This document shows, one piece after another, positions 1-8,876 of a stretch of DNA of 64,000 nucleotides; positions within the stretch are counted from its first letter, which is position 1, and each line of letters opens with the position of its first letter. The notes below the pieces were generated by a model. The model ran no database searches and had not been told where the DNA came from. It saw only the letters and a list, made by a program, of their open reading frames with translations. The stretch comes from an uncultured Alphaproteobacteria bacterium (lineage in GTDB: Bacteria; Pseudomonadota; Alphaproteobacteria; RF32; CAG-239). The position numbers were made by a program, and so were the translations under genes. The stretch covers positions 15,325-79,324 of the forward strand of contig CALYBB010000038.1 in the NCBI GenBank assembly GCA_944393715.1, read 5' to 3'.

Positions 1-1403
1 ACCGAATTTTTCGGATGGCGCGGTCAAAAGCTTTTTTGTTTAAAGGAATTAAAATCAACTGGCGCTGCGCACCGGAAATTATTGGCGAAGGAGAAACGAC
101 ACCGCTGGAAGCCGAGCTTTGTTTTCCGAACGGCATTTTAGACTTTTTAAATTATCAGATCGGCGCAAAAGCGACCATTAACCGGCGGCCGTTTGCCGGC
201 GAGGCAGAGCTTGACAATGACGAGGGCAAGGTTGAATGGGCCATTACCTGGCCGGAAGATGAAAACGGCTTCTGCCATTCCTACTGCAACACCGTTATTA
301 CGCCGCAGGGTGGTACGCACGAAACCGGATTTAAAGCTGCGCTTATCAAAGGGCTTAAAGAATATGGCGAGATGGTCAATAACAAAAAAGCTGCTTCCAT
401 CACCGCAGAAGATTTTTTGAGTGATGCGGCAATTATGTTGTCGCTATTCATCAGAGATCCGCAGTTTCAGGGGCAGACTAAAGACAAACTGACCTCAACC
501 AAAGCAACCCGGCTGGTCGAATCCGCGGTTAAAGACTCTTTTGACCACTGGCTGTCATCGGACCTGGAAAACGCCGCGGCGCTGCTTGAGTATGTTGTTG
601 AACGCGCCGAAGCCCGTAAAAAGAAAAAAGAAGAAAAAGAAAAGGTGCGCAAAAGCCCGACCAAACGCCTGCGGCTGCCCGGCAAACTGGCCGATTGCTC
701 GCAGGCATCGGCTGAAAATACCGAAATATTTATCGTTGAGGGTGATTCCGCCGGCGGTTCGGCAAAACAAGGGCGAGACCGCGTTACGCAGGCTATCCTT
801 CCCCTGCGCGGCAAAATTTTGAACGTGGCCAGCGCCTCGCTTGAGAAAATCACCCAAAATCAAGAAATAAAAGACATGATTGAGGCTTTGGGCTGCGGAA
901 CAAAAGAAAATTACAAAGAAGAAAACCTGCGCTATGAAAAAATTATTATCATGACCGATGCCGATGTTGACGGCGCGCATATTGCTTCATTGCTGATGAC
1001 GTTTTTTTACCAGCATATGCCGCAGCTGATTGCTAACGGACATTTGTTTATTGCTACGCCGCCTTTGTACAAAATCGCTATCGGCGGCAAGAATTATTAT
1101 GCTCTTGATGATGAGGACAAAGACAAAATCCTTGCCAAGGTTGTTAAAGGCAACCAAAAGCCGGATATCAGCCGTTTTAAGGGTTTGGGCGAGATGAGCG
1201 CGCAACAGCTTAAAGAAACAACCATGGACAAGAAAAACCGTATGCTGCTGCGGGTGATGATCCCGTCAACCGCTACCGAAGAAGGCAAAGAAGAGGCTTT
1301 TGAAACCAGACGGCAGGTTGAAAGGCTGATGGGCAAAAACCCCGAGCTACGCTTTAAATTTATTATTGAGCGCGCTAAATTTGTTGATGATTTGGATATC
1401 TGA
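1..1403 (+). CDS. parE: DNA topoisomerase IV subunit B, C-terminal part; 5' end lies outside the window
   Basis: Toprim motif EGDSAGGS and the GyrB/ParE box DADVDGAHIASLLMTFFY...PPLYK are present. The tail after PPLYK is short and lacks the ~170-aa GyrB insertion, so ParE is preferred over GyrB. The frame is open back to position 3. Confidence 0.75.
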   Translation, partial: RIFRMARSKAFLFKGIKINWRCAPEIIGEGETTPLEAELCFPNGILDFLNYQIGAKATINRRPFAGEAELDNDEGKVEWAITWPEDENGFCHSYCNTVITPQGGTHETGFKAALIKGLKEYGEMVNNKKAASITAEDFLSDAAIMLSLFIRDPQFQGQTKDKLTSTKATRLVESAVKDSFDHWLSSDLENAAALLEYVVERAEARKKKKEEKEKVRKSPTKRLRLPGKLADCSQASAENTEIFIVEGDSAGGSAKQGRDRVTQAILPLRGKILNVASASLEKITQNQEIKDMIEALGCGTKENYKEENLRYEKIIIMTDADVDGAHIASLLMTFFYQHMPQLIANGHLFIATPPLYKIAIGGKNYYALDDEDKDKILAKVVKGNQKPDISRFKGLGEMSAQQLKETTMDKKNRMLLRVMIPSTATEEGKEEAFETRRQVERLMGKNPELRFKFIIERAKFVDDLDI

Positions 1404-1405
1404 CG

Positions 1406-2362
1406 GTGAAAGAAATGAAACTATCGGCGATTTTTCTTTCTTTGTTGGTGGTCTTTATCTGGGGTATTAACCCTGCGACCAGCAAACTCGGATTGGAACA
1501 GATACCGCCGTATACTTATTTGACTATAAGATATCTGATTATCTCGTTTTTGGTGCTGCCATTTGCTGATAAACCCACCAAACACGAGTTGTGGCAGTTG
1601 TTTATTGTCGCGATAACTTCAAACGTCATCAATAATATTTTGTGCTATATTGCTTATTCCGAGTTGTCGCCGTCGGCCAGTACGCTTCTGATGCAGACTG
1701 AGGCACCTATTTCGGTTTTGATGGCTTGCATTTGGGCAAAAGAACACATTACCTTGCGGCAGGTATTGTCTATTTTGCTATCGTTTGTCGGGGTTATGGT
1801 GATTTTGGGCATGCCACAAATGAGCCTTTTGGGCGTGGCGTTGATTTTGCTGTCGCGCGTTTTTTGGGGCGCCTGCCAAATTATATTCAAAAACACCAAA
1901 CATATGTCGATGACGACGTTTTTGGCATATTCGTATTTGTTTGCGGCACCGTTCACCGCCGCTGGTTCGATTTGGGTTGAAAATTATGATTACCGCAATT
2001 TGGTTGAGGTCAACTGGCATATCGCCGGATGGGCTCTGGCTTTTGAAGTGGTTATGTTGTCGTTGGCAATGGTTTTGTGGCAAAAGCTGATTGCTGCTAA
2101 CGGTGTCAGCAAAATTGCACCGTTTTGTACGCTGCGAATCGTTTTTGGTATTGCAGCGGGCGTTATTGTTTTTAATGATCCTCTTAACTGGCAGATTTTG
2201 CTTGGTGCTATTTTGGTTACGTTCGGCGTTTTGTTAACAATGCGCGATTTTAACATTATTTTGAAAGCAAGAACAAACTCCGTCGCTGTTTATCGCAATG
2301 CCCACCGCGTTTTAATGGAACGGCGGCTGAAAAGAATATCATTAAGGAAAAGACACAGATGA
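1406..2362 (+). CDS. EamA/DMT-family membrane transporter
   Basis: 318 aa and highly hydrophobic throughout, with about 10 predicted TM segments. GTG start at 1406, or ATG at 1415. Start abuts the parE stop. Confidence 0.65.
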   Translation: MKEMKLSAIFLSLLVVFIWGINPATSKLGLEQIPPYTYLTIRYLIISFLVLPFADKPTKHELWQLFIVAITSNVINNILCYIAYSELSPSASTLLMQTEAPISVLMACIWAKEHITLRQVLSILLSFVGVMVILGMPQMSLLGVALILLSRVFWGACQIIFKNTKHMSMTTFLAYSYLFAAPFTAAGSIWVENYDYRNLVEVNWHIAGWALAFEVVMLSLAMVLWQKLIAANGVSKIAPFCTLRIVFGIAAGVIVFNDPLNWQILLGAILVTFGVLLTMRDFNIILKARTNSVAVYRNAHRVLMERRLKRISLRKRHR

Positions 2363-2829
2363 TCAGAAAATATCGGGCGGAAGACGTTGATAAAGTTTTA
2401 GATATATGGCTGAGGGCCAGCGTGCAATCACACAGTTTTGTCAAAGAAGAATATTGGCAAAAAATGGTTCCGGTGATTAAAAAATATTATTTGCCGAATA
2501 CCGACAGTTTTGTATTTGAAGACAAGCACAAAATTAAGGCTTTTATGAGCATTATTGACGACAAACACATCGGCGCATTGTTTGTTGATCCTGTTTATCA
2601 AAATCAGAAAATCGGTACTAAACTGGTTAATTATGCCAAAAAAATTTATCCGGAACTGACCTTAAAAGTCTATATCAAAAATCTTGAGGCAACGCGCTTT
2701 TATCAACGCAACGGATTTAAAATCATTGCCGAACAAACCGACGACGATACCCAAGAACAGGAGTTGTTGATGAGCTGGTCTTTGGAATGTAAAAGCGGCT
2801 GGACGAAAAAATATCCTGGTGATTCTTAA
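2359..2829 (+). CDS. GNAT-family N-acetyltransferase
   Basis: 156 aa. Acetyl-CoA binding-like motif VDPVYQNQKIGTKLV...RFYQRNGF. Its ATGA overlaps the upstream stop by 4 bp. Confidence 0.7.
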   Translation: MIRKYRAEDVDKVLDIWLRASVQSHSFVKEEYWQKMVPVIKKYYLPNTDSFVFEDKHKIKAFMSIIDDKHIGALFVDPVYQNQKIGTKLVNYAKKIYPELTLKVYIKNLEATRFYQRNGFKIIAEQTDDDTQEQELLMSWSLECKSGWTKKYPGDS

Positions 2830-2832
2830 AAA

Positions 2833-2869
2833 AAGCTCCGATATCTGTTTAAGACAGAGATCGGAGCTT
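2833..2869. terminator. Bidirectional rho-independent terminator hairpin between convergent GNAT and adk genes
   Basis: Near-perfect 16-bp stem aagctccgatatctgt / acagagatcggagctt with a 5-nt loop. A T-run lies on the minus strand downstream of adk. Confidence 0.45.
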
Positions 2870-2873
2870 CCGG

Positions 2874-3497
2874 TTAAAAATGTTTTAGATATGCAAGAAC
2901 ATCTGAAAGACCTTTTTCTATATTTATGCCGTTAACGCTTATCACTTTGCACCAAAAAATTATCTTTTCCCGCAAAACAGGCTCTGTTGTTTCGAGGTAG
3001 TCGAAAATTCGGTTGTGAATAAGCGCATCGTCTTCTCTAACGATTGAGCGGCCGCTACATTTCGGACAGCAACCCTGAGAGGCAAAATGCGTGGTGCCGC
3101 AATTTTCGCAAATACGGCGCTGGCTAATGCGGGACAAAATGTCTTCAATCGGCGTGTTGAGATAGACACAAACCGGATCATAAATATCTTTTACACATTG
3201 TTTCAAAAACTCAAACTGGGAAAAACAACGAGGATAACCGTCCAAAAGGACACCGCCTGCCGCTTCGTCCAAAGCTTTTTTAACAATCGGATTAACGATA
3301 GCGTCATTAACCAATATTCCTGTTTTGACACGAGAAGCGATTTTACGTCCAAGCGATGTTTGATCTTTTACTTCTCGGCGCAGAATATCCCCCGTCGAAA
3401 TTTTGGTTAAACGCATCTGCTCCATGATCTTGTCGCCCAAAAGGCCTTTACCGGATCCCGGAGCACCAAACATAATGATTAGAATCTTTTTTTCCAT
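2874..3497 (-). CDS. adk: Adenylate kinase (long form with Zn-binding lid)
   Basis: P-loop GAPGSGKG, LDGYPR motif, lid CENCG...CCPKC and C-terminal AMP/ATP domain. Confidence 0.8.
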   Translation of the reverse strand: MEKKILIIMFGAPGSGKGLLGDKIMEQMRLTKISTGDILRREVKDQTSLGRKIASRVKTGILVNDAIVNPIVKKALDEAAGGVLLDGYPRCFSQFEFLKQCVKDIYDPVCVYLNTPIEDILSRISQRRICENCGTTHFASQGCCPKCSGRSIVREDDALIHNRIFDYLETTEPVLREKIIFWCKVISVNGINIEKGLSDVLAYLKHF

Positions 3498-3596
3498 AAA
3501 ATTTATTTTTTATAATAACGACAATAATTTTTGAACATGCGCCATTTTATAAACACAAAAAAGTTTTTTGTATAGAGTTTTTTGCGTATTTTTGGC

Positions 3597-3625
3597 TTGA
3601 CTTTTGGCAAAAATTTGGTTACTTT
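3597..3625 (+). promoter_or_regulatory. Putative sigma70 promoter for the tRNA-Ala pair
   Basis: TTGACT (3597-3602), a 17-nt spacer, then TACTTT (3620-3625), sitting 12 nt upstream of the tRNA 5' end. Confidence 0.35.
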
Positions 3626-3637
3626 GCTGTCGAATTC

Positions 3638-3713
<76 letters not shown>

Positions 3714-3722
3714 GTTTTGACA

Positions 3723-3750
3723 GGGCCCGTCAGCACGGCGGGCCTTTTAT
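3723..3750 (+). terminator. Hairpin plus T-run between the two tRNA-Ala genes
   Basis: Stem ggcccg, loop tcagcacgg, stem cgggcc, followed by ttttat. Confidence 0.45.
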
Positions 3751-3770
3751 AAATAAAAATTATTAACTAT

Positions 3771-3846
3771 GGGGTCATAGCTCAGTTGGGAGAGCGATTG
3801 GTTCGCAATCAATAGGTCGGGAGTTCGATCCTCCCTGGCTCCACCA
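3771..3846 (+). tRNA. tRNA-Ala (anticodon CGC)
   Basis: 76 nt. Acceptor stem ggggtca/tggctcc with G3:U70, anticodon loop tTCGCaa, T-loop GTTCGATCC, and encoded CCA. Confidence 0.85.
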
Positions 3847-3854
3847 ATTTTTAG

Positions 3855-3890
3855 AAAACCTGCCTTATAACAAGGCAGGTTTCTTCTTTT
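3855..3890. terminator. Bidirectional terminator after tRNA-Ala(CGC) and the convergent lipoprotein gene
   Basis: aaacctgcctt ataa caaggcaggttt, followed by cttcttttt. Confidence 0.5.
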
Positions 3891-4537
3891 TACCACGGGC
3901 TTATTTTAACCGTCAGCCGCGGAAACAAAGGATCGGTACTGCCAAAATGCGAATAAACGTATTCGCCGTATTTATCAGCCGTCAATAACGAATTAAACGG
4001 CCATGTTGATTTTAGTTCCGGTGTAAACTGGTATTTATAAAAATCTTGTTTTGTATCATTATAAATCAAAAAGTTTTTGGTTGCAAAAGGCCGTTTTGTT
4101 ATGGTTAGGACGCCGTTTTTGGCTGACGATAGGCGGATGATATCCAGCGTCGGAAAAAGTTTTTTTACTTCGTTGTAGGACAGTTCAACCGGCAAAAAAT
4201 AGCTGTTTTGCCAGACAACATCGTAGAATTTGAAGTTAGCCGAATTGTAGCCGATCAGCCGATTGTCGACAATAAATTCAAAGTTGGAGGCAAACTCGTC
4301 TAGTCGTGTGCCGCCAGCGCCGATATATTCGGAATAGCCGCCGGAGCCGTGCGAATAGTGTTTGGTAAAGACCATGCGGTCTTCAACCATCCCTCCCATC
4401 GACCAAAAATGTCCCGAAGGCGAGTATAATACCTGATGATTTTCTCCAATCTGATTATCCAAAATAGTCGCCGGAACCTGATACCCACTATCGCAAGCCG
4501 CTAAAAACAAACAAAAAATTAAACCGTATTTGCGCAT
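3890..4537 (-). CDS. Hypothetical lipoprotein
   Basis: Signal peptide with lipobox LFLAAC|DS. 215 aa with no recognisable catalytic motif. Confidence 0.5.
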   Translation of the reverse strand: MRKYGLIFCLFLAACDSGYQVPATILDNQIGENHQVLYSPSGHFWSMGGMVEDRMVFTKHYSHGSGGYSEYIGAGGTRLDEFASNFEFIVDNRLIGYNSANFKFYDVVWQNSYFLPVELSYNEVKKLFPTLDIIRLSSAKNGVLTITKRPFATKNFLIYNDTKQDFYKYQFTPELKSTWPFNSLLTADKYGEYVYSHFGSTDPLFPRLTVKISPW

Positions 4538-4626
4538 AAAAAACTCCGTTAAATTGAGATTTGTTGTTGCAGTTTTGTCTAAAGGATATTAGCTTAAGAT
4601 AAAGTTTTAATCAAGGAGTTCTTCTA

Positions 4627-5832
4627 ATGTCTGCCGAACAAACACCACGGGCGCTGCGCCATAATATTGTTATTGTCGGTCGCCGCAATGCCGGAAAATC
4701 GTCATTGCTTAATGCCATGACCGGACAGGATATATCCATTGTTTCGGCCGAAGCCGGCACCACCACTGACGCCGTCCAAAAGGCTTATGAGCTGTTGCCT
4801 CTAGGACCGGTTACTTTTTATGATACCGCCGGATTGGATGATGATTCAGTACTCGGGCAGGAGCGGATCCGGTCAACCCGCAAGACATTGTTTAAGGCTG
4901 ATGTTGCGGTGTTTGTCATTGGCGAAAAGGGCTTGGATAATTTTGATAAACAGATTATTGCCGACATTCGTCGGATGCAAATTCCGTTGGTTGTGGCTTT
5001 CAACAAAAGCGACCGGAAGACACCGGAAACAGCCGACACAGCCTATTGCCGCGACAGTAATATTGCCTGCATAAGCGTTTCGGCAACCGAAGGGCATGGT
5101 ATTGATCGGTTGAAAGAGTTGATTATTGCGGCTGTGCCGGAAGAAGACAAAAAGCCGGTTTCGCTGCTTGGAGGGATTGTTGATGCTAAGGATAAAGTGG
5201 TTTTGGTAACGCCGATTGACTCTTCTGCTCCTAAAGGACGTTTGATTTTGCCGCAAGTGCAGCTTTTGCGTGAAATATTAGATATGCAAGCGGTGGCCAT
5301 GGTGACCCAAACCAACGAATTGGCTGGCACTCTGGCAGCGCTTAAAGAGAGGCCGCGAATCGTGATTACCGACTCCCAAGCCGTTTTACAGGTTGATAAA
5401 ATCGTGCCACAAGATGTTGCCATGACCACCTTTTCGATTTTGTTTGCGCGGCTAAAAGGAGACTTGCCTATTTTGGCAGAAGGATCCAAAACCATCGACA
5501 AGCTTGAAAACGGCGCTAAAATTCTGATTGCCGAAGCCTGCTCTCACCACGCGCAGACAGATGACATTGCAAAAGTTAAAATTCCGAACTGGCTGCAAAA
5601 ATATTGCGGTAAAAAACTTGAGTTTGATTTTTGCACCGGCAGCGATTTTCCGGAAGATTTGGAAAAATACCAATTGGTTATTCACTGTGGCGCCTGTATG
5701 CTCAATCGGGCAGAAATGAATCGCCGACTCAAAGAATGCGTGCACCGCGGCGTGGCAATTACCAATTATGGTTTAACTATTTCTAAGACTCAGGGTGTTT
5801 TGGAGCGCGTTATAAAGCCTTTTGGCTTGTAA
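4627..5832 (+). CDS. hydF: HydF-like GTPase ([FeFe]-hydrogenase H-cluster maturation GTPase family)
   Basis: N-terminal G domain with G1 [12 protein letters not shown] and G3 DTAG. The C-terminal cluster-binding signature C-S-H, then 45 residues, then H-C-G-A-C matches the HydF CxHx(44-53)HCxxC pattern. Confidence 0.55.
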   Translation: MSAEQTPRALRHNIVIVGRRNAGKSSLLNAMTGQDISIVSAEAGTTTDAVQKAYELLPLGPVTFYDTAGLDDDSVLGQERIRSTRKTLFKADVAVFVIGEKGLDNFDKQIIADIRRMQIPLVVAFNKSDRKTPETADTAYCRDSNIACISVSATEGHGIDRLKELIIAAVPEEDKKPVSLLGGIVDAKDKVVLVTPIDSSAPKGRLILPQVQLLREILDMQAVAMVTQTNELAGTLAALKERPRIVITDSQAVLQVDKIVPQDVAMTTFSILFARLKGDLPILAEGSKTIDKLENGAKILIAEACSHHAQTDDIAKVKIPNWLQKYCGKKLEFDFCTGSDFPEDLEKYQLVIHCGACMLNRAEMNRRLKECVHRGVAITNYGLTISKTQGVLERVIKPFGL

Positions 5833-6054
5833 GATGATCAGAAAAAACATCGTCCTTTTAAAATTTATGAACTTTTTTAACGGCTTTTAGTTGTTTTCGC
5901 CGCTGGCTGTTATTTATTTTGAACAGGTAACGCACTCTTATGTTTTGGCCATGCTGGCCTTTTCCTTAGTTACGCTGGCCCAAAGCTTGTCAGAAGTTCC
6001 CTGCGGGATGTTTTCTGACCGCTGCAGCCGCAAATAGCCTCCTTTCCTTCTTCT

Positions 6055-6065
6055 CCCCCCCCCCC
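6055..6065. repeat. Homopolymeric C11 tract followed by a T7 tract, about 65 bp upstream of the BOF-family gene
   Basis: Read directly: ttctcccccccccccttgttttttt. Confidence 0.9.
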
Positions 6066-6128
6066 TTGTTTTTTTGCCATCAAAGCTTATCTCTTTGGCG
6101 AACATGTTATTTTATAAGGAGAAAGCTG

Positions 6129-6524
6129 ATGAAAAAACTATTGTTGTCGTTGATTTGCGTTCTGTTGGCTGCGGCTAATGCACAAGCCAAAGATAAACAC
6201 AAAAACAAAGGATTTGTTTTTGTGCCGGAAAATGTTGTGGTCGAAACCGTGGCCGATGCCAAAGACAAAGCTGATGATACGCTGGTGGTGCTACAGGGAC
6301 AGATTGTTAAGGCTTTGGGTGATGATAAATACCAGTTTACTGACGAAACCGGCGAGATTATTCTGGATATTGATCAGGAAGATTTTGACGGCGTTACCGT
6401 TACCGAAGGCGAAATTATTCAGATTACCGGCGATATTGACAAGGAAATGATGAAACCGACAGAAGTCGATGTCAAACAGATAAAAAAGATTAAGGACAAG
6501 AAAAAAGATAAACATAAAAAATAA
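6129..6524 (+). CDS. BOF (YgiW/YdeI) family periplasmic OB-fold protein
   Basis: Signal peptide MKKLLLSLICVLLAAANAQA. OB-fold core resembles the YgiW family, and the C-terminus is lysine-rich. RBS aaggag upstream of the ATG at 6129. The longer ORF from 6066 is rejected. Confidence 0.65.
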   Translation: MKKLLLSLICVLLAAANAQAKDKHKNKGFVFVPENVVVETVADAKDKADDTLVVLQGQIVKALGDDKYQFTDETGEIILDIDQEDFDGVTVTEGEIIQITGDIDKEMMKPTEVDVKQIKKIKDKKKDKHKK

Positions 6525-6584
6525 GCTGTTTATTATGTTTTAGCAATTATTTTTGGAAAGGGCTGAAGCTTAAATAAACTCGTG

Positions 6585-7020
6585 GCATTTATTTAATTAC
6601 GCTGTCATGCCGCCTTGCTATTTAAACCTGTCACCCCGCCTCAAGAGGAATGCCTCTTGAGGCTAAGGGGGCTTCCGCTTATTAAAAACAGTGGAAGATG
6701 CCTGAGCCTCACTTTGTTCGGCGGCATGACATTGTTTGGGTGTGTCTAAAGCCTCGGAGGAATGACAGTTTAAATCTTACGGTCATTCTGAGGAGCATTT
6801 CTTTTCCCTGTCATTCTGATCTTTTCTTTTTCTGTCATTCTGAGGGACGAAAGTCCCGAAGAATCTAAGAGATCCTTCGCTCCGCTCAGGATGACAAGAA
6901 AAGGGGCTCAGGATGACAGTAAAAGGGGGGATAGGATGACAAGAAAAAAAAGGATGATGGGAAAGAGCGCCTCAGGATGACAAATGAAAAACGGTCAGAA
7001 GAGGGGGGAAAGAGGCTGGG
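6585..7020. repeat. Composite intergenic repeat region with MITE-like units and at least two short repeat families
   Basis: Contains a 62-bp unit (6834-6895) bounded by 11-bp TIRs gtcattctgag / ctcaggatgac. There are at least five further TIR half-sites. Motifs are shared with 15470-15900 and 29930-30330: ctatttaaacNtgtcacccc and ttaaaaacagtRgaagatgcctSagcctc. Confidence 0.7.
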
Positions 7021-7031
7021 GATTAACAGTT

Positions 7032-8267
7032 TTAGATAACACTTTTCAGGTTATCAACCTGCACCAAGAGCTGCTCTTTAGTCAAATCAAAATCCGAATC
7101 GATCCAGATTTGCTCAAGCCCTTTTAAAATCCGGCCGACGTTATTTTGATCTGCCAAGCCCATTCCGATAAGCTCTTTGCCTGAAAGTGGAAAAAAAGGT
7201 TCTTGTAAAGAGGACGTTTTATCGTAGAAAGACCAAAAATCTTTTGGAACTTTTTGCTCATGGGCGACAGCCGTCAATAATGACGCCTGATAAAAGCTTT
7301 TGTCTTGATTGTAGATAATTTTTATTTGTTTTTTAGAATCCAGCATATCGCTCAGAGACAAATTTTTTGCGGCCAAAGATGTAAAAAGCTGCTTTTCGCG
7401 GCGGCTGATTTTCAGACGGACAGCTAAATTCTCCGCTAAAGCTTCGTCCGGATGATACAAAACAAAAAACTTTATCAAGGCTATGTTATCTATTTGACGG
7501 CTGCCCAAGATTTTGTTTAAAAAGATCAGATCATCTATAAAGGTCGCATCCGGCATAATATGGCTCAGAATATTGTTTTCTTGCATCAACTTATAGATTT
7601 TTGGCGCGTTAGGCGTTTTGATGATCTTAAATAATTCGTCACGGATACGTTCCATTGGAACTTTCTTTAGATTTTCGCAATTTTTCCGACAGGCATCAAG
7701 CGCTTTTACATCCGGTTCACCGACACCAAAAAGCGAATAAAAACGAAAATAACGCAAAATACGAATATAGTCCTCTTTTATGCGGCGATCTGCCGAACCG
7801 ATAAAGCGTACACAGCCTTTTTCCAGATCTTCGATGCCGTTATAATAGTCAAAAACATTGCCTTGCTCGTCGGCATAAACCGCATTGATGGTCAGATCGC
7901 GGCGGGAAGCGTCTTCTTCCCAGTTGTCGGTAAATTCGATTTCTGCCGTGCCGTCTTTTTGCAAAACGTATTTATAAAGCGAACTGACCTGTAGCAAAAT
8001 GTCGTCTATAACAACGCCGATCGTTCCTTGTTTGATGCCTAGAGGAACGGTTTTGATACTTTCGTCGGCACAAGCCTCGGCTATTTCTTCCGGACTCAGA
8101 TCCGTGGCCAGATCCAAATCTGATCCTTTGAGCCCTTTTAGGGCATCGCGCACGGCACCGCCAACAAATCTCAAGACACCGCCATGACGGGAAACCAGCC
8201 GAAAAAGCGCCATAATTTGCGGGCTTGAAGTCAACTTGGAAATATCAAGATAATTGTCTCGTATCAT
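7032..8267 (-). CDS. cca: CCA-adding tRNA nucleotidyltransferase (alphaproteobacterial ~410-aa type)
   Basis: PolyA-polymerase head domain GGAVRDALKGLKGSDLDLATD and downstream RNA-binding region. Confidence 0.8.
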   Translation of the reverse strand: MIRDNYLDISKLTSSPQIMALFRLVSRHGGVLRFVGGAVRDALKGLKGSDLDLATDLSPEEIAEACADESIKTVPLGIKQGTIGVVIDDILLQVSSLYKYVLQKDGTAEIEFTDNWEEDASRRDLTINAVYADEQGNVFDYYNGIEDLEKGCVRFIGSADRRIKEDYIRILRYFRFYSLFGVGEPDVKALDACRKNCENLKKVPMERIRDELFKIIKTPNAPKIYKLMQENNILSHIMPDATFIDDLIFLNKILGSRQIDNIALIKFFVLYHPDEALAENLAVRLKISRREKQLFTSLAAKNLSLSDMLDSKKQIKIIYNQDKSFYQASLLTAVAHEQKVPKDFWSFYDKTSSLQEPFFPLSGKELIGMGLADQNNVGRILKGLEQIWIDSDFDLTKEQLLVQVDNLKSVI

Positions 8268-8369
8268 TGTGCCTCAGGTATTGTGCAAATTTTTTTTGAA
8301 GTTAACAGTTTTTATATATTTTGCAATTATAATTGTTGTAAAATTAACCATAATTGTGAGTGAAAAAGT

Positions 8370-8876
8370 ATGAAAAAATATTTTATTTTCGGACTATTGG
8401 CTTTAATCGGACATGCTGGTGCCGCTATGGCTGCCGCACCGCAAATTTTGGGCGAATACGGTGATTGGATGGCCTATTATTATCGAGACAGTGCCGGTCC
8501 GGTGTGCTATATGGCCTCAACACCTAAAAAAGATGAGGGAAAATATACCAAACGCGGCGAGATCTTTGTTGTGGTTACCCACCGCCCGAATGAAAAAAGT
8601 TATGATGTCGTCAATATCAACGCCGGTTATGATTATAAAAGAAACTCGCCGGTTGAACTCAAAATCGGCGCCAAAACATTTCAGTTGTTTACCGACGGCG
8701 ATAAAGCATGGGCTATGAAAGACAAAGATGATAAAGATATTGTGGCAGCTATGAAACGCGGCAGCCGAATGATCGTCAACGGCACTTCGTCTCGCGGAAC
8801 AAAAACCAAAGACACTTATTCGCTCAAAGGTTTTACTTCTGCTTATCGGGCAATTTCTAATAAATGCAAACGATGA
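8370..8876 (+). CDS. ialB: Invasion-associated locus B (IalB) family secreted protein
   Basis: Signal peptide followed by the IalB-family core GDWMAYYYRD...CYMAS...FQLFTDGDKAWA. 168 aa. Confidence 0.65.
   Translation: MKKYFIFGLLALIGHAGAAMAAAPQILGEYGDWMAYYYRDSAGPVCYMASTPKKDEGKYTKRGEIFVVVTHRPNEKSYDVVNINAGYDYKRNSPVELKIGAKTFQLFTDGDKAWAMKDKDDKDIVAAMKRGSRMIVNGTSSRGTKTKDTYSLKGFTSAYRAISNKCKR

Noticed and set aside
193-980. Several 60-140-aa ORFs (193..420 +, 467..853 -, 541..822 +, 555..980 -) inside or antisense to parE
   Set aside because: They are fully nested in a strongly supported ParE reading frame. Their products are low-complexity, rich in R/P/S or F/K, and lack start context.
2874-3497. 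Whether adk is misplaced or a second adenylate kinase copy outside the ribosomal-protein cluster
   Set aside because: This cannot be judged from a single window. The gene itself is an intact, typical long-form Adk.
6066-6128. Longer ORF start at 6066 for the BOF-family gene (MFFCHQSLSLW...)
   Set aside because: It begins within the poly-C/poly-T tract. A classical signal peptide and RBS aaggag support the internal ATG at 6129.
6585-7020. Possibility that the repeat-rich regions are CRISPR arrays
   Set aside because: Repeat units are irregular in length and spacing, partly inverted, and palindromic with TIRs. There is no uniform repeat-spacer periodicity and no cas genes.
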